Assembly (NCBI GenBank): GCA_964398095.1
Contig: CAYNMI010000001.1
Location: forward strand, 1 to 34,775
Origin: an uncultured Desulfobacca sp.
Lineage (GTDB): Bacteria; Desulfobacterota; Desulfobaccia; Desulfobaccales; 0-14-0-80-60-11
Direction: 5' to 3'
Length of the DNA: 34,775 nt
Made by a program: the position numbers and the translations under genes. The first letter of the stretch is position 1. Every line of letters starts with the position of its first letter. Below are positions 1 to 8,531 of this stretch, one piece after another. Below the pieces are notes generated by a model, which made no database searches, was not told the origin of the DNA, and worked only from the letters and a program-made list of their open reading frames with translations.

Positions 1-643
1 CATAGACCACCACGGTTTGGGCCAGGGCCGCCACGTCTTCCGGGTCATGGGTGATCAGCATGACCGGGATGGTGAACCGCTCTTTAATCTTCAGGAGTTC
101 CCGGCGCATCTTGGCCCGCAGCAGGGCATCCAGGGCCGAAAAGGGCTCATCCAGGAGCAGCAGGCTGGGGCGGCGGATGAGGGCCCGGGCCAGGGCCACC
201 CGCTGGCGCTGACCCCCGGAAAGGTCCCGGGGCAGGCCGCCCTGCAAGGGCGTCAACTCAAAGATGTCCAGCACTTCCTCCAGGCGCAGGCGCTCCCCCC
301 GGGGCAGGTACCAGGGCCAGCCCCGTTTGAGCCCGAAGGCGACGTTCTGGGCCACCGTCAGGTGGGGAAAGAGGGCGAAATCCTGAAACACGTACCCCAC
401 ATCCCGGAGGCGGGCCGGCACCCGAATCCTGGCGGCGGCGTCGAAGAGCACCCGCTCTCCCACCACGATCCGCCCGGCATCCGGGGTGGTCAGGCCGGCG
501 ATGGCCTGCAGGGTGAGGGTCTTGCCGGCCCCCGAGGGGCCGAACAGAACGACGATATCCTGATCCGAGGCAAAGGCCACCTCCAGGTTAAAGACCCGCC
601 GTCCCGACCACAGGCGTTTCTTGATATCCACCAGGATGTTCAT
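1..643 (-). CDS. modC: ABC transporter ATP-binding subunit, molybdate/tungstate type (ModC-like); the 3' end of the gene lies beyond the window start
   Basis: My reverse-strand translation from the ATG (complement of 641-643) reads MNILVDIKKRLWSGRRVFNLEVAF... It contains GPSGAGKT (Walker A), LSGGQRQRVALARAL (ABC signature), LLLLDEPFSALD (Walker B) and ITHD (H-loop). In the track it is hidden under the spurious 17..1474 + ORF. It lies directly downstream of modB/modA on the same strand. Mo versus W specificity cannot be decided by eye. Confidence 0.8.
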   Translation of the reverse strand, partial: MNILVDIKKRLWSGRRVFNLEVAFASDQDIVVLFGPSGAGKTLTLQAIAGLTTPDAGRIVVGERVLFDAAARIRVPARLRDVGYVFQDFALFPHLTVAQNVAFGLKRGWPWYLPRGERLRLEEVLDIFELTPLQGGLPRDLSGGQRQRVALARALIRRPSLLLLDEPFSALDALLRAKMRRELLKIKERFTIPVMLITHDPEDVAALAQTVVVY

Positions 644-682
644 ATGGCACCGCTCCGGCGTCAACCCGCCGGCAGTCTCCGT

Positions 683-1444
683 CTAAGGCTTCCCAAAGCC
701 GAACTTGCTAAAAATCTCCTGGGCCGCCGGGCTCAGAACGAAATCCACGAATCTCTGGGCCAGGGCCTTTTTGCCCGTGGCCGCGGTCACCGCAATGGGA
801 TAGAGAATGGGGGCATGTTCGGTCACCGCCAGGATAACCTTGACCTTGCCCTTGGCAATGGCGGCGTCGGTGGAGTAGACAAAGCCCGTGTCCACTTCGC
901 CCCGTCTGACATAATCCAGCACCTGACGCACCGACTCGGCCAGAATAAACTTGGGCGCCAGCCTGCCCCACAGCCCCGCCTGCACCAGGGCCTCCTTGCT
1001 ATAGCGCCCCGCTGGCACCGTGGCCGGGTTGCCCACCGCCACCCGCTTCACCCCGGGCCGGGTGAGGTCCTTGAGACCGCTGACGGTGAGCTTGGAATCC
1101 AGAGGCACAATGAGGACCAGCCTGTTGCTCACAAAATTCTTCCGGGTGCCCGGCACGATGAGCTTTTTCGCCTGGGCCTGATTCATGGTCTTCTGGTCCG
1201 CGGCGGCAAAGACATCCACCGGCGCGCCTTGGTCCATCTGCTGCAACAGGGACCCGGAGGCCGCAAAATTACAGAGGATTTTGGCCCCGGGATGGGTTTT
1301 CTCGAATTGGGCGGCCACCTCGCGCATGGCGTTGGTGAGACTGGCCGCGGCGGAGACGATCAATTCCTGCTCGGCCGCGGCCGGCGTGCCCCAGAGAACC
1401 ACGGCGCCCAGCAGCAGCACGAAGAAAAGTTTAACCTTGGTCAC
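683..1444 (-). CDS. modA: molybdate/tungstate ABC transporter periplasmic substrate-binding protein (ModA-like)
   Basis: Track ORF 683..1444 (-). GTG start preceded by AAGGAGG. Signal peptide MTKVKLFFVLLLGAVVLWGTPAAA, followed by ModA-like blocks (SAAASL, NFAASG, QGAPVDVFAAAD, VAVGNPATVPAGRY). Confidence 0.85.
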   Translation of the reverse strand: MTKVKLFFVLLLGAVVLWGTPAAAEQELIVSAAASLTNAMREVAAQFEKTHPGAKILCNFAASGSLLQQMDQGAPVDVFAAADQKTMNQAQAKKLIVPGTRKNFVSNRLVLIVPLDSKLTVSGLKDLTRPGVKRVAVGNPATVPAGRYSKEALVQAGLWGRLAPKFILAESVRQVLDYVRRGEVDTGFVYSTDAAIAKGKVKVILAVTEHAPILYPIAVTAATGKKALAQRFVDFVLSPAAQEIFSKFGFGKP

Positions 1445-1460
1445 GACAACCTCCTTAAGT

Positions 1461-2132
1461 TCACATATATCTGATCTTCAAGGCCTTGCCGGAGACCAGG
1501 AGGATGGTGAGGCAGACGATGGAGATGATAATCACCAGGATCGTGGCCGTCTGGTCATTGCCGGCCTGGAAGGCGTCATACACCGCGGTGGACAGGGTTT
1601 GGGTCCGACCGGGGAGATTGCCGGCCACCATGAGGGTGGCGCCGAACTCGCCCATGGCCCGGGCGAAGGCCAACATGGCCCCGGCCAGAATCCCCCGCCA
1701 GGCCAGGGGCAGGGACACCCGGAAAAAGACCCCGGCCTCCGACAGCCCCAGGGTCCGGGCGGCATTTTCCAGATTGCCGTCCACCCCTTCAAACGCGGCC
1801 CGGGCCGTCTTGTAGATCAGGGGCAGGGAAACCACGGCCGCGGCCAGGACCGCGCCCTGCCAGGTAAAGATCAGGGAAATTCCCCAGGTTTCCTGGAGCC
1901 AATGACCCAGCCAGCCCTTGCGGCCGATCAAGACGATGAGGTAATACCCCAGGACCGTGGGCGGCATGACCAGGGGCAGGGTGCAGAGCGAATCCAACCC
2001 TTCCCGGCCCCAAAAGCGGCTCCGGGCCACCAGGAAGGCCAGGAGCACGCCGACGACAAAGGTCACCAGGGTCGCCACGGAGGCCACCTTTAAGGTCAAC
2101 CATAAGGGGGTCAGATTCACGGGGATATTCAT
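1461..2132 (-). CDS. modB: molybdate/tungstate ABC transporter permease (ModB-like)
   Basis: Track ORF 1461..2180 (-), trimmed to the ATG at 2132 (MNIPVNLTPLWLTLKVAS...). Multiple hydrophobic helices and the ABC-importer permease loop ENAARTLGLSEAGVFFRVSLPLA. The longer TTG start at 2180 would add a non-homologous-looking leader. Confidence 0.85.
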   Translation of the reverse strand: MNIPVNLTPLWLTLKVASVATLVTFVVGVLLAFLVARSRFWGREGLDSLCTLPLVMPPTVLGYYLIVLIGRKGWLGHWLQETWGISLIFTWQGAVLAAAVVSLPLIYKTARAAFEGVDGNLENAARTLGLSEAGVFFRVSLPLAWRGILAGAMLAFARAMGEFGATLMVAGNLPGRTQTLSTAVYDAFQAGNDQTATILVIIISIVCLTILLVSGKALKIRYM

Positions 2133-2292
2133 GCTATACCTTGCCTTGTCCAGCGAAATTCTGCCTTGGTAAAAAGGCAAGTTCCATACCAGCAGCGGGA
2201 TGCTAAAGAATAACTTGCTTTATTTATTGATAATATGTCCATCTTGACTGCAACTGATTGCGAACTCTGGCTAAAAATAATCATACAAAATC

Positions 2293-2345
2293 GTATAATT
2301 AACGAAACACCATGCTTACTAATTATGCATTTTTGTATAATTAAC
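2293..2345. repeat. two copies of an 11-nt direct repeat GTATAATTAAC (2293-2303 and 2335-2345) in the AT-rich region upstream of modB
   Basis: Read directly from the sequence. The copies are 42 bp apart start to start, inside the only strongly AT-rich stretch (about 2180-2345) between modB and the upstream gene. Candidate operator or promoter element; function not established. Confidence 0.35.
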
Positions 2346-2391
2346 CCGACATGACACCCCCCAGGACCTGCCGGCGGCCGCACCCCAGCCA

Positions 2392-4035
2392 TTATTTTCC
2401 GAAGGGGCACTTGGGGAAGGTGCAGACTTTGCACTCCAGGCAAAAGGCCCCATGGCCTAGCTTCGCCAGGTCGCGCCGGGTCGGGAACCGGCCCGCCAGC
2501 AGTCGCGGCAGGAGGAGGTCGAAGCTGGTGGTTTTGAAGTACAAGGCGCAGGCCGGCACCCCCATGACCTGGACCGGCCCGATCCGGGCCAACAGGGTCA
2601 TGGCCCCCGGCAGGATGGGCGTCCCGTAACTCAGGTCAGTGGCCCCGGCCTCCAGGAGCCCCTGGCGGGTGACGTCGTCCGGGTCCACGGACAGGCCCGC
2701 GGTGGTCACCAGGAGGTCGATCCCCGCGCTGAGGAGTTCCTGCACCCCCCGGCGGATGGCCCCCTGGTCGTCGGGCACGATCAGGGATTTGACCACCTCC
2801 CCCTGAAATTTTTCCACCTTGCCGGTGATGATGGGGATAAACCGATCCTCCACCAGCCCCAAAAAGACCTCGGTGCCGGTGACCAGAATCCCCGCCCGGG
2901 GCCGCCGCAGGGGCAGGACGGTAAACAGCGGTCCCCCCTCCAGGACCGCCAGGGCCTTGACGAAGTCGGCCCGGGGCAGAAACAGGGGAATGGCCCGGGT
3001 GGCGCCCAGAGACCGCCCCTGGGCCATGAGGGAGTAGCCGGCGCGGCTGGCGCACATGACCCCTGGCACCAGATTGAACCTCTCCAGGCGGGCCGCAGCC
3101 ACCGTCAGCAAGCCGTCCCGGGCCGCCAGCAGGTTGATCTTGCCTTCCCGGGGTTTATCCGTAAAGGTCACCCCCTCCCCTGCCATGGCCCGGGCAAAGG
3201 CCAGGGCGGCCTCGTCCTCATGCACCCACTCCGGGCCGGGGCCGTCGTCGCCGACCACGTAGAGGTGGCGACGGCCCATCTGCTGCAGGCGGCAGAGGTC
3301 GCCCACGCCGATCACCTGGCCCTTCTCGAAGGCCGGACCTTTGCTGACCCCCGGGACTATCCTGGTCATATCATGCCAGGCCCGGCGGCCCACGGCCTGC
3401 TCCAGGGGCACGGCCTCCAGGGGCGGGGCCTCGATCCCAGCCTCGGCCTCCAGATAAGGGGCCTCACCCTGACAGGCCCGGCAGATGCCCCCATCCTGGG
3501 CCGGGTAGGCCTCCCGGCACAGGGGACAGATGACCATGGGGCCCCGGCGCTTCTGGTTCAGCAACTGCGGGCGGATGTTCACGGGCCGCCAGCTCAGGAG
3601 GTCCGGCCCGGCTTCTCTGATCTGAGCCAGAATCAATTCCTTGTCTTGTTCCGTCTTGGGTTTGAGCTTGAGATACCAGGTGTGGACCTCGGGCCAGGCC
3701 GCGGTCTTGGCCGGGTCCAGCCAGACCCGCACCCCGGCCCCCTCGTACTTGTCGTAGAGGTTGAGCGCGAACCGGCCCAGGTTGATGACCTTGAGCCAGC
3801 CGTTGCCGATGGTGCAGGGGGTGAGGAGCTGCACCGCGTCCGGCAGACAGGCCCGGGTTTCGCAGATGGCGTCGAAGATCCGGCCGGCCGGGAGCCGCCG
3901 CAGGGCCAGGTCCACCATGAAACCGCCGATGACCAGTCCCGGGGCCACGTTGCCGTGAAAGGCCTGGACCAGGCCGAGATAATCGTCAACCGTATAGGGG
4001 CCGATATGCCGGGGGATGTCGTGCTGCGCCGTCAT
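2392..4035 (-). CDS. FmdE-domain protein fused to a molybdopterin-binding (MoCF-biosynthesis / MoeA-MogA-like) domain
   Basis: Track ORF 2392..4152 (-), trimmed to the ATG at 4035 (MTAQHDIP...). The N-terminal part has FmdE-like blocks (GNVAPGLVIGGFM, CLPDAVQLLTPCTIGNG) ending in a zinc ribbon CPLC-x11-CRAC. The C-terminal part has molybdopterin-binding blocks (GILVTGTEV, LLVTTAGLSVDPDDVT, GTPILPGAMTLLA, GVPACALY) and a Cys-rich tail CLECKVCTFPKCPFGK. Confidence 0.75.
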   Translation of the reverse strand: MTAQHDIPRHIGPYTVDDYLGLVQAFHGNVAPGLVIGGFMVDLALRRLPAGRIFDAICETRACLPDAVQLLTPCTIGNGWLKVINLGRFALNLYDKYEGAGVRVWLDPAKTAAWPEVHTWYLKLKPKTEQDKELILAQIREAGPDLLSWRPVNIRPQLLNQKRRGPMVICPLCREAYPAQDGGICRACQGEAPYLEAEAGIEAPPLEAVPLEQAVGRRAWHDMTRIVPGVSKGPAFEKGQVIGVGDLCRLQQMGRRHLYVVGDDGPGPEWVHEDEAALAFARAMAGEGVTFTDKPREGKINLLAARDGLLTVAAARLERFNLVPGVMCASRAGYSLMAQGRSLGATRAIPLFLPRADFVKALAVLEGGPLFTVLPLRRPRAGILVTGTEVFLGLVEDRFIPIITGKVEKFQGEVVKSLIVPDDQGAIRRGVQELLSAGIDLLVTTAGLSVDPDDVTRQGLLEAGATDLSYGTPILPGAMTLLARIGPVQVMGVPACALYFKTTSFDLLLPRLLAGRFPTRRDLAKLGHGAFCLECKVCTFPKCPFGK

Positions 4036-4062
4036 TTTCGCCTCAGGCCGCCTTTTCCAGGT

Positions 4063-4078
4063 TAAGGGCGCGCCCTTA
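4063..4078. repeat. perfect 16-bp palindrome TAAGGGCGCGCCCTTA about 30 nt upstream of the FmdE-fusion start codon
   Basis: Read directly from the sequence; TAAGGGCG and CGCCCTTA are exact reverse complements. Could be an operator or a 5'-UTR hairpin. No U-tract follows on the minus strand. Confidence 0.5.
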
Positions 4079-4324
4079 CCGTTATATTTTAAAAAGAATA
4101 GCGCTAAACCAATAAAATATGCCGAGCAGTGGTTTCCACCCCACCCTGACATTCCAGAGAGCTTATCTTATTTCGATATTTTATTGAGAAAATAGCGTAA
4201 TTCGCACCTGATGACAAGCATTTTTTCGCGCCGCCAAGGCTTAGGTTTCACCCAAAAGCACCAGGGGGGGGCCGCATCATCCGGCCAGGCTGCCCCCTCC
4301 GGCAGACTCAGGCATAACGGCGGC

Positions 4325-4651
4325 TTACTCCCCGGCTTCCCCCAGGATGCCATAGACCCAGCTCAGGGCCGCGGAGGTATGGGGGAAGCCGATGGTGCTG
4401 GTTAACAGGATAAGGGCGTGATAGATCTCTTCGGGACTGGCCCCGGCCTTTAGGGCCCTGCGGGTGTGGCTGTGCACCGCGCCCACGGACCGGCTGGCCG
4501 CGGCCCCCGCCAGTTGAATCAGGTGGGCGGTCTTGTCATCCAGAGGCCCCTCCTGGCGCACGGCCTCGCCCAACTGCTCCAGGGCCTGAATGAATTTCCC
4601 ATGCTTCTCCTTGATGAACGAGTACCATCCTGGATACATCTCTTCCGACAT
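4325..4651 (-). CDS. carboxymuconolactone decarboxylase (CMD / AhpD-like) family protein
   Basis: 108-aa ORF with a CMD-family-like core (KTAHLIQLAGAAASRSVGAVHSHTRRALKAGASPEEIYHALILL). The family call is from recognition of this block only. Confidence 0.65.
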   Translation of the reverse strand: MSEEMYPGWYSFIKEKHGKFIQALEQLGEAVRQEGPLDDKTAHLIQLAGAAASRSVGAVHSHTRRALKAGASPEEIYHALILLTSTIGFPHTSAALSWVYGILGEAGE

Positions 4652-4892
4652 GATTCTACCCTCCTGGTCTTTGCCGCATCATGCCCCGGTTCACCCCCAT
4701 GATTTCGGCGGAATTAACCTGATGATGGGTACCTGGCCCCTCAATGTCAAGCAACGCCTACCCCTCAGGCCTAATGCCCAGCCCGCCTTCCCCGGCGAGA
4801 ACCAGACCGCCTGGGGGGAATCCCTGGTTTTCTCCGGGTCTGAACCGGCGCCGGCCGGGTTTTTCTACCCAAGGTCGCTCAGATTATTTTTC

Positions 4893-4920
4893 TTGCTTCC
4901 TGGCCGGAAGCGATTATATT
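4893..4920 (+). promoter_or_regulatory. candidate sigma-70 promoter (TTGCTT - 16 nt - TATATT) upstream of the TPR lipoprotein gene
   Basis: The -35-like TTGCTT is at 4893-4898 and the -10-like TATATT at 4915-4920, with a 16-nt spacer. It lies about 150 nt upstream of the ATG at 5076. Pattern match only. Confidence 0.25.
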
Positions 4921-5075
4921 TTTTAAAAGTATTTTTGGTCAATTACCACGATCCCACCGGTGAAACCCCGACAGGGTTAGCAGTCCAGGCAGGGGCGCCG
5001 GTGGTGAGGCCCCCGGCGCTATCCTTCCGGCCCGGGTTGCAGCCCCCTGATTAACCGTCAAAGGCTGGAGGCGAA

Positions 5076-5519
5076 ATGTTCAGATTGATCCTCACCGCGG
5101 TGCTCCTGGCGGCCCTCATGGCTTGCAGCGGCGATAACGCCGACAAGTATATGCAGGAAGCATTTGTCGATTTCCAACAACAGAAGTATGACGAGGCCAT
5201 CGCCAGCTACGAAAAGGTCATCAAACTGCAACCCCGGGCCGCGGCCGCCTACAACATGATCGGCATGGCCTACCGATTCAAATACAATAGGCTGGGGGTC
5301 CCGGAGTTTCGCCAGAAAGAGATGGCGGCGTTTCGCAAGGCCGTGGAGATCGACCCCAAAAATTGGGTGGCCATGATCAACCTGGCCACCGACTACTATG
5401 CCGAAGGTCAGAGGGCCAAGGCGGCGCCCCTGTTTAAAAAGGCCCTGGAACTCAACCCCAATCACCCGGAAAGGGCCGAAATCCAAAAGATGATCGCCGC
5501 AGGTGAACCAAAGCCTTGA
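5076..5519 (+). CDS. TPR-repeat lipoprotein
   Basis: A GGAGG RBS precedes the ATG. Lipoprotein signal with lipobox LMA-C (MFRLILTAVLLAALMACSG). TPR-like repeats are present (YDEAIASYEKVIKLQP, AAAYNMIGMAY, AAPLFKKALELNPNHP). Confidence 0.8.
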   Translation: MFRLILTAVLLAALMACSGDNADKYMQEAFVDFQQQKYDEAIASYEKVIKLQPRAAAAYNMIGMAYRFKYNRLGVPEFRQKEMAAFRKAVEIDPKNWVAMINLATDYYAEGQRAKAAPLFKKALELNPNHPERAEIQKMIAAGEPKP

Positions 5520-5833
5520 GGATAGCGGCGATCACGGGGCTGGCCCTGGCCTGCCTCCTGGCCTCCGCTGCGCTTGGAGCCCAGACCCCGGGACCCCAAG
5601 GCGCAGAACTGGCCGGACGTTTGGGCTGCTTTGCCTGCCACTCCTTAAAAGGGCGGGGGGGAAAACTCGCCCGGCCGTTGGACGGGGCCGGGGCCCGCAT
5701 CGCCCCCCGGGAACTGCGCCTGGCCCTCACCTTTCCCCGCCAACTCCACCCCGGGGCCCGGATGCCCAGCTATGCCTACCTCCCCCCCGCGGAGCAGGAC
5801 GCCCTGGTAAAATATCTGGAGAGCCTCAAGTAA
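5516..5833 (+). CDS. monoheme c-type cytochrome (class I-like), secreted
   Basis: The TTG start overlaps the upstream stop codon (TTGA at 5516-5519). Signal peptide MRIAAITGLALACLLASAALGA. Single CxxCH motif (CFACH) and a candidate distal Met (GARMPSY). Confidence 0.8.
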   Translation: MRIAAITGLALACLLASAALGAQTPGPQGAELAGRLGCFACHSLKGRGGKLARPLDGAGARIAPRELRLALTFPRQLHPGARMPSYAYLPPAEQDALVKYLESLK

Positions 5834-5939
5834 TCCTTTGCAGATCAGTCGCCCCTGAGCCATGGGCCCAGCCGTAGAGCGTTTTCCACAGATTCAATTG
5901 AATTTAGCCAAGAACTCCAAACCGAACCCGCACACCGGA

Positions 5940-6677
5940 TTATTCGCTGTACCGCCGGATAATGATGATTCCCAAAACCAGGCAGAGGGCGGCATAGGCC
6001 CCCAGGATGGCCAGGGAGCCCAGGCTTGCCAGGTTCCAGGCCGGGAAGCGCAGGAGGTGATTGCTATGGGTCAGAGGCATGACCTTGATGATATCCCGGA
6101 GCAGCCAGGGCATCTCGTCCACCGGAAAGAAGGTGCCGCAGAAGAACGCCATGGGCATGATAAAAAAATTGGTGAAGGTGGCGGTATCTTCGTGGGACCG
6201 GGACTTCATCCCCACAATCACCCCAAAGGCGGCGAACACCAGGCAGTTGAGGAATAAGGCCAGGATGAACAGCAGATTGAAGTGAAAGCCGCTCCCCAGA
6301 AACAGCCCCAACCCGATAAGGATCACCGAGGCGAACAGCCCCCGGACCATGCCGGCCAGGATTTGGCCCACCACGATGTCGGCCGCGCTCACCGGGGACT
6401 GGATGTAGACCTGAAAGGTGCGGAAGTGGAGGCGCCCCACCGTCATGCTGGTGGCGATCCAGGTATAGGAATTGGTCATGGAGGTCATGGCGATGAGGCC
6501 GGGAAGCAGGTAATCCAGGTAGCTGCCCCCGGCAATGGACACGCGTTTTCCCAAACCCAGCCCAAAGGCCAGGAGATAGAGCAGGGGGGAAAACAGGGCG
6601 GAGACCACGTAGCCCAGCCGCAGCAGCCGCCGCCGAAACAGCAGGATTTCCCGGTAAAAGATGGGCAGCCAGTTCAA
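5940..6677 (-). CDS. ABC-2 type transporter permease
   Basis: 245-aa hydrophobic ORF with about 6 TM helices. Its start overlaps the upstream ATPase stop (ATGA at 6674-6677). General ABC-2 exporter permease appearance. Confidence 0.85.
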   Translation of the reverse strand: MNWLPIFYREILLFRRRLLRLGYVVSALFSPLLYLLAFGLGLGKRVSIAGGSYLDYLLPGLIAMTSMTNSYTWIATSMTVGRLHFRTFQVYIQSPVSAADIVVGQILAGMVRGLFASVILIGLGLFLGSGFHFNLLFILALFLNCLVFAAFGVIVGMKSRSHEDTATFTNFFIMPMAFFCGTFFPVDEMPWLLRDIIKVMPLTHSNHLLRFPAWNLASLGSLAILGAYAALCLVLGIIIIRRYSE

Positions 6678-7516
6678 TTGGTCAACCGCTCCCCGGTGAG
6701 TTGGATAAACACGTCCTCCAGGTTGGCCCGGCGGATGATGACCCCGGAGGGCTCGGTCTGGGCCCGGGCATAGGCCGCCTCTTTATCCCGGAACAGCAGA
6801 TACTGCCGCCGCCCGCCATCCAGGGCTTCCACCACGTACCCTCCCACCTTGGCCACCAAGGCCTGGGGGGTGTCCAGGGCGATGAGCCGGCCCCGGTTCA
6901 GGACCCCCACCCGGCCACACAGCATCTCCGCTTCCTCGATATAGTGGGTAGTCAGGATAATGGTGATGCCGGAAAGCCCGAGTTCCTGGATGAGGCTCCA
7001 GAGCTGACGCCGCACCTGGGGGTCCAGGCCCACGGTGGGCTCGTCTAAAAAGAGCACCCGGGGCCGGGACACCAGGGCCCGGAGGATGAGGAGCCGCCGC
7101 TGCATGCCGCCGGAGAAGTCCCGCACCAGGCTGGCGGCCCGGTCTGCTAAATTGCCGAACTCCAGGAGTTCCGCGATCCGGGCCTTAAGATCCGGCATCC
7201 GGTGCAGCCGCCCGTAAATCCACAAATTCTCAAACGCGGTCAGTTCCCGATCCAGGTTGATTTCCTGGGGGCAGACCCCGATGAGCCTTTTCACGTCCAT
7301 GGGCTGGCGCACCACATCAAAGCCGTGGATGCGGGCCATGCCCCGGCTGGGGCGGGCCAGGGTGGTCAGAATCTTGATGGTGGTGGTTTTGCCCGCGCCA
7401 TTGGGGCCCAGCAAGCCAAAGATTTCCCCCGCCGGAATCTGCAAAGATAAGCCGTCCAGGGCCACCAGGTCCTGGTATTGTTTACCCAGATTGTCGGTGA
7501 AGATCATGGCGTCCAT
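6674..7516 (-). CDS. ABC transporter ATP-binding protein (ABC-2 / DrrA-like exporter ATPase)
   Basis: Walker A GPNGAGKTT, signature FSGGMQRRLLILRAL, Walker B VLFLDEPTVGLD, H-loop TTHY. Confidence 0.9.
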   Translation of the reverse strand: MDAMIFTDNLGKQYQDLVALDGLSLQIPAGEIFGLLGPNGAGKTTTIKILTTLARPSRGMARIHGFDVVRQPMDVKRLIGVCPQEINLDRELTAFENLWIYGRLHRMPDLKARIAELLEFGNLADRAASLVRDFSGGMQRRLLILRALVSRPRVLFLDEPTVGLDPQVRRQLWSLIQELGLSGITIILTTHYIEEAEMLCGRVGVLNRGRLIALDTPQALVAKVGGYVVEALDGGRRQYLLFRDKEAAYARAQTEPSGVIIRRANLEDVFIQLTGERLTN

Positions 7517-7800
7517 AACTTTAGGGTGCGGGCCAGGGCCTGGCTTCTGCCGCCCGGTCTCGGTTTAAGTTAGTATCATAACCCGGTTTTGGCAAGAGAG
7601 GCGGGCCAGGGAGTGGCGCTGCCGCCAGGGCGCGCCCCGGCAAACCCCCGCCTCCATTCTAGAAGCGGGTGAAACCCGCCAGGATGGAGCAACATAAGAC
7701 GGTGAAGCACCCGGTGGCATCTCGCCGCCCGTGACCCGGGACACCCCGGACCCAGTGTCGCGTTTCGGGAAGACTTTAAAAAAGAAAAAACCTCATGTTT

Positions 7801-7834
7801 CCTCCCCCTTGATGGGGGAAGCTGAGAGAGGGAG
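7801..7834. repeat. small GC hairpin (CCTCCCCC ttgat GGGGGAAG) followed by a purine-rich tail; related in layout to the element at 29280-29320
   Basis: Read directly from the sequence. Intergenic, downstream of the cluster-1 operon. On the minus strand the hairpin is followed after about 10 nt by a T-rich run (complement of 7776-7795), so it may contribute to termination. Confidence 0.3.
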
Positions 7835-8149
7835 TGACAAAACCATGAACAGATACAAATCCTTAACCACTCCCACAGCAAGGGAGAGAGATTTTTAAGA
7901 CCATATCATAGATGGGATTGTTCCAACCAGGATTGAGGGCGCCCACCCGGGGGCGCGCCTGCGGGTGAGAAGCCTTTTGGCTTCCATAAGCGCAATTCGG
8001 TATTGGCCTCGGGGGAGTAATATACGGATGACCATGCCGGTCCCTTACGGCCGGGCCTCCGGAGACAAGAGCGGTTTCGCCTTTAACGCCTTACCGCTTG
8101 CCCGCATCGGTTCAGGGGCCGGGAAAAGAACTACCGGCTCATCATCGCC

Positions 8150-8389
8150 TCATTCCCCCTGCAACGCCGACTGGAGGCGCTGGTATTCCTCCCTGGCGTC
8201 CTGGGAAGATTTGGCCTCTGCCAACGCGGCCAGAATCCGGCGCAAATCCTCCCGCTTCACCGTGACGTGTTCGATCTCCGGCGGGCAGCCGTCCACTCTC
8301 TTGCCATCCAGATACCACCCATATTGGTGGTAACCCTCAGGCATCAGGACCGCGCCGCATTTTTGGCATTTTAAATATTCCGGACTCAT
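8150..8389 (-). CDS. small conserved Cys/His protein (79 aa), last gene of cluster 1; paralog of 28089..28319
   Basis: Strong RBS (AAGGAGGAGAA-ATG). Sequence MSPEYLKCQKCGAVLMPEGYHQYGWYLDGKRVDGCPPEIEHVTVKREDL... By hand alignment, 58 of about 79 columns are identical to the 76-aa ORF at 28089..28319. I recognise no family. Confidence 0.75.
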   Translation of the reverse strand: MSPEYLKCQKCGAVLMPEGYHQYGWYLDGKRVDGCPPEIEHVTVKREDLRRILAALAEAKSSQDAREEYQRLQSALQGE

Positions 8390-8531
8390 TTCTCCTCCTT
8401 GCCCCGCCCCGGGGCCAGGGCCGCGCCCTGGTGGCGGAGACCTGGTTTTGGAACCTCTTCGGTGCTGTCAGCCGTTACCCAACGGCCATTGAGGACCCAG
8501 ATCTTCATCCAAGAATCTCGGGGTTCCAGGT

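Noticed and set aside
17-1474. 485-aa plus-strand ORF, the longest ORF at the left end of the track
   Set aside because: It lies antisense to the clearly recognisable modC and modA genes. Its product is dominated by Gly, Pro, Arg, His and Gln with no recognisable motif. It is a typical shadow ORF of GC-rich DNA.
2133-2391. Moco (molybdenum cofactor) riboswitch upstream of modB
   Set aside because: The context is suggestive, but the region is AT-rich and I could not recognise the conserved Moco-motif helices. No claim is made.
7576-7881. 101-aa minus-strand ORF in the intergenic region downstream of cluster 1
   Set aside because: There is no RBS, the composition is Cys/Arg/Leu/Pro-rich and implausible, and it spans the REP-like hairpin. 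Such hairpins are known to generate spurious small ORFs.
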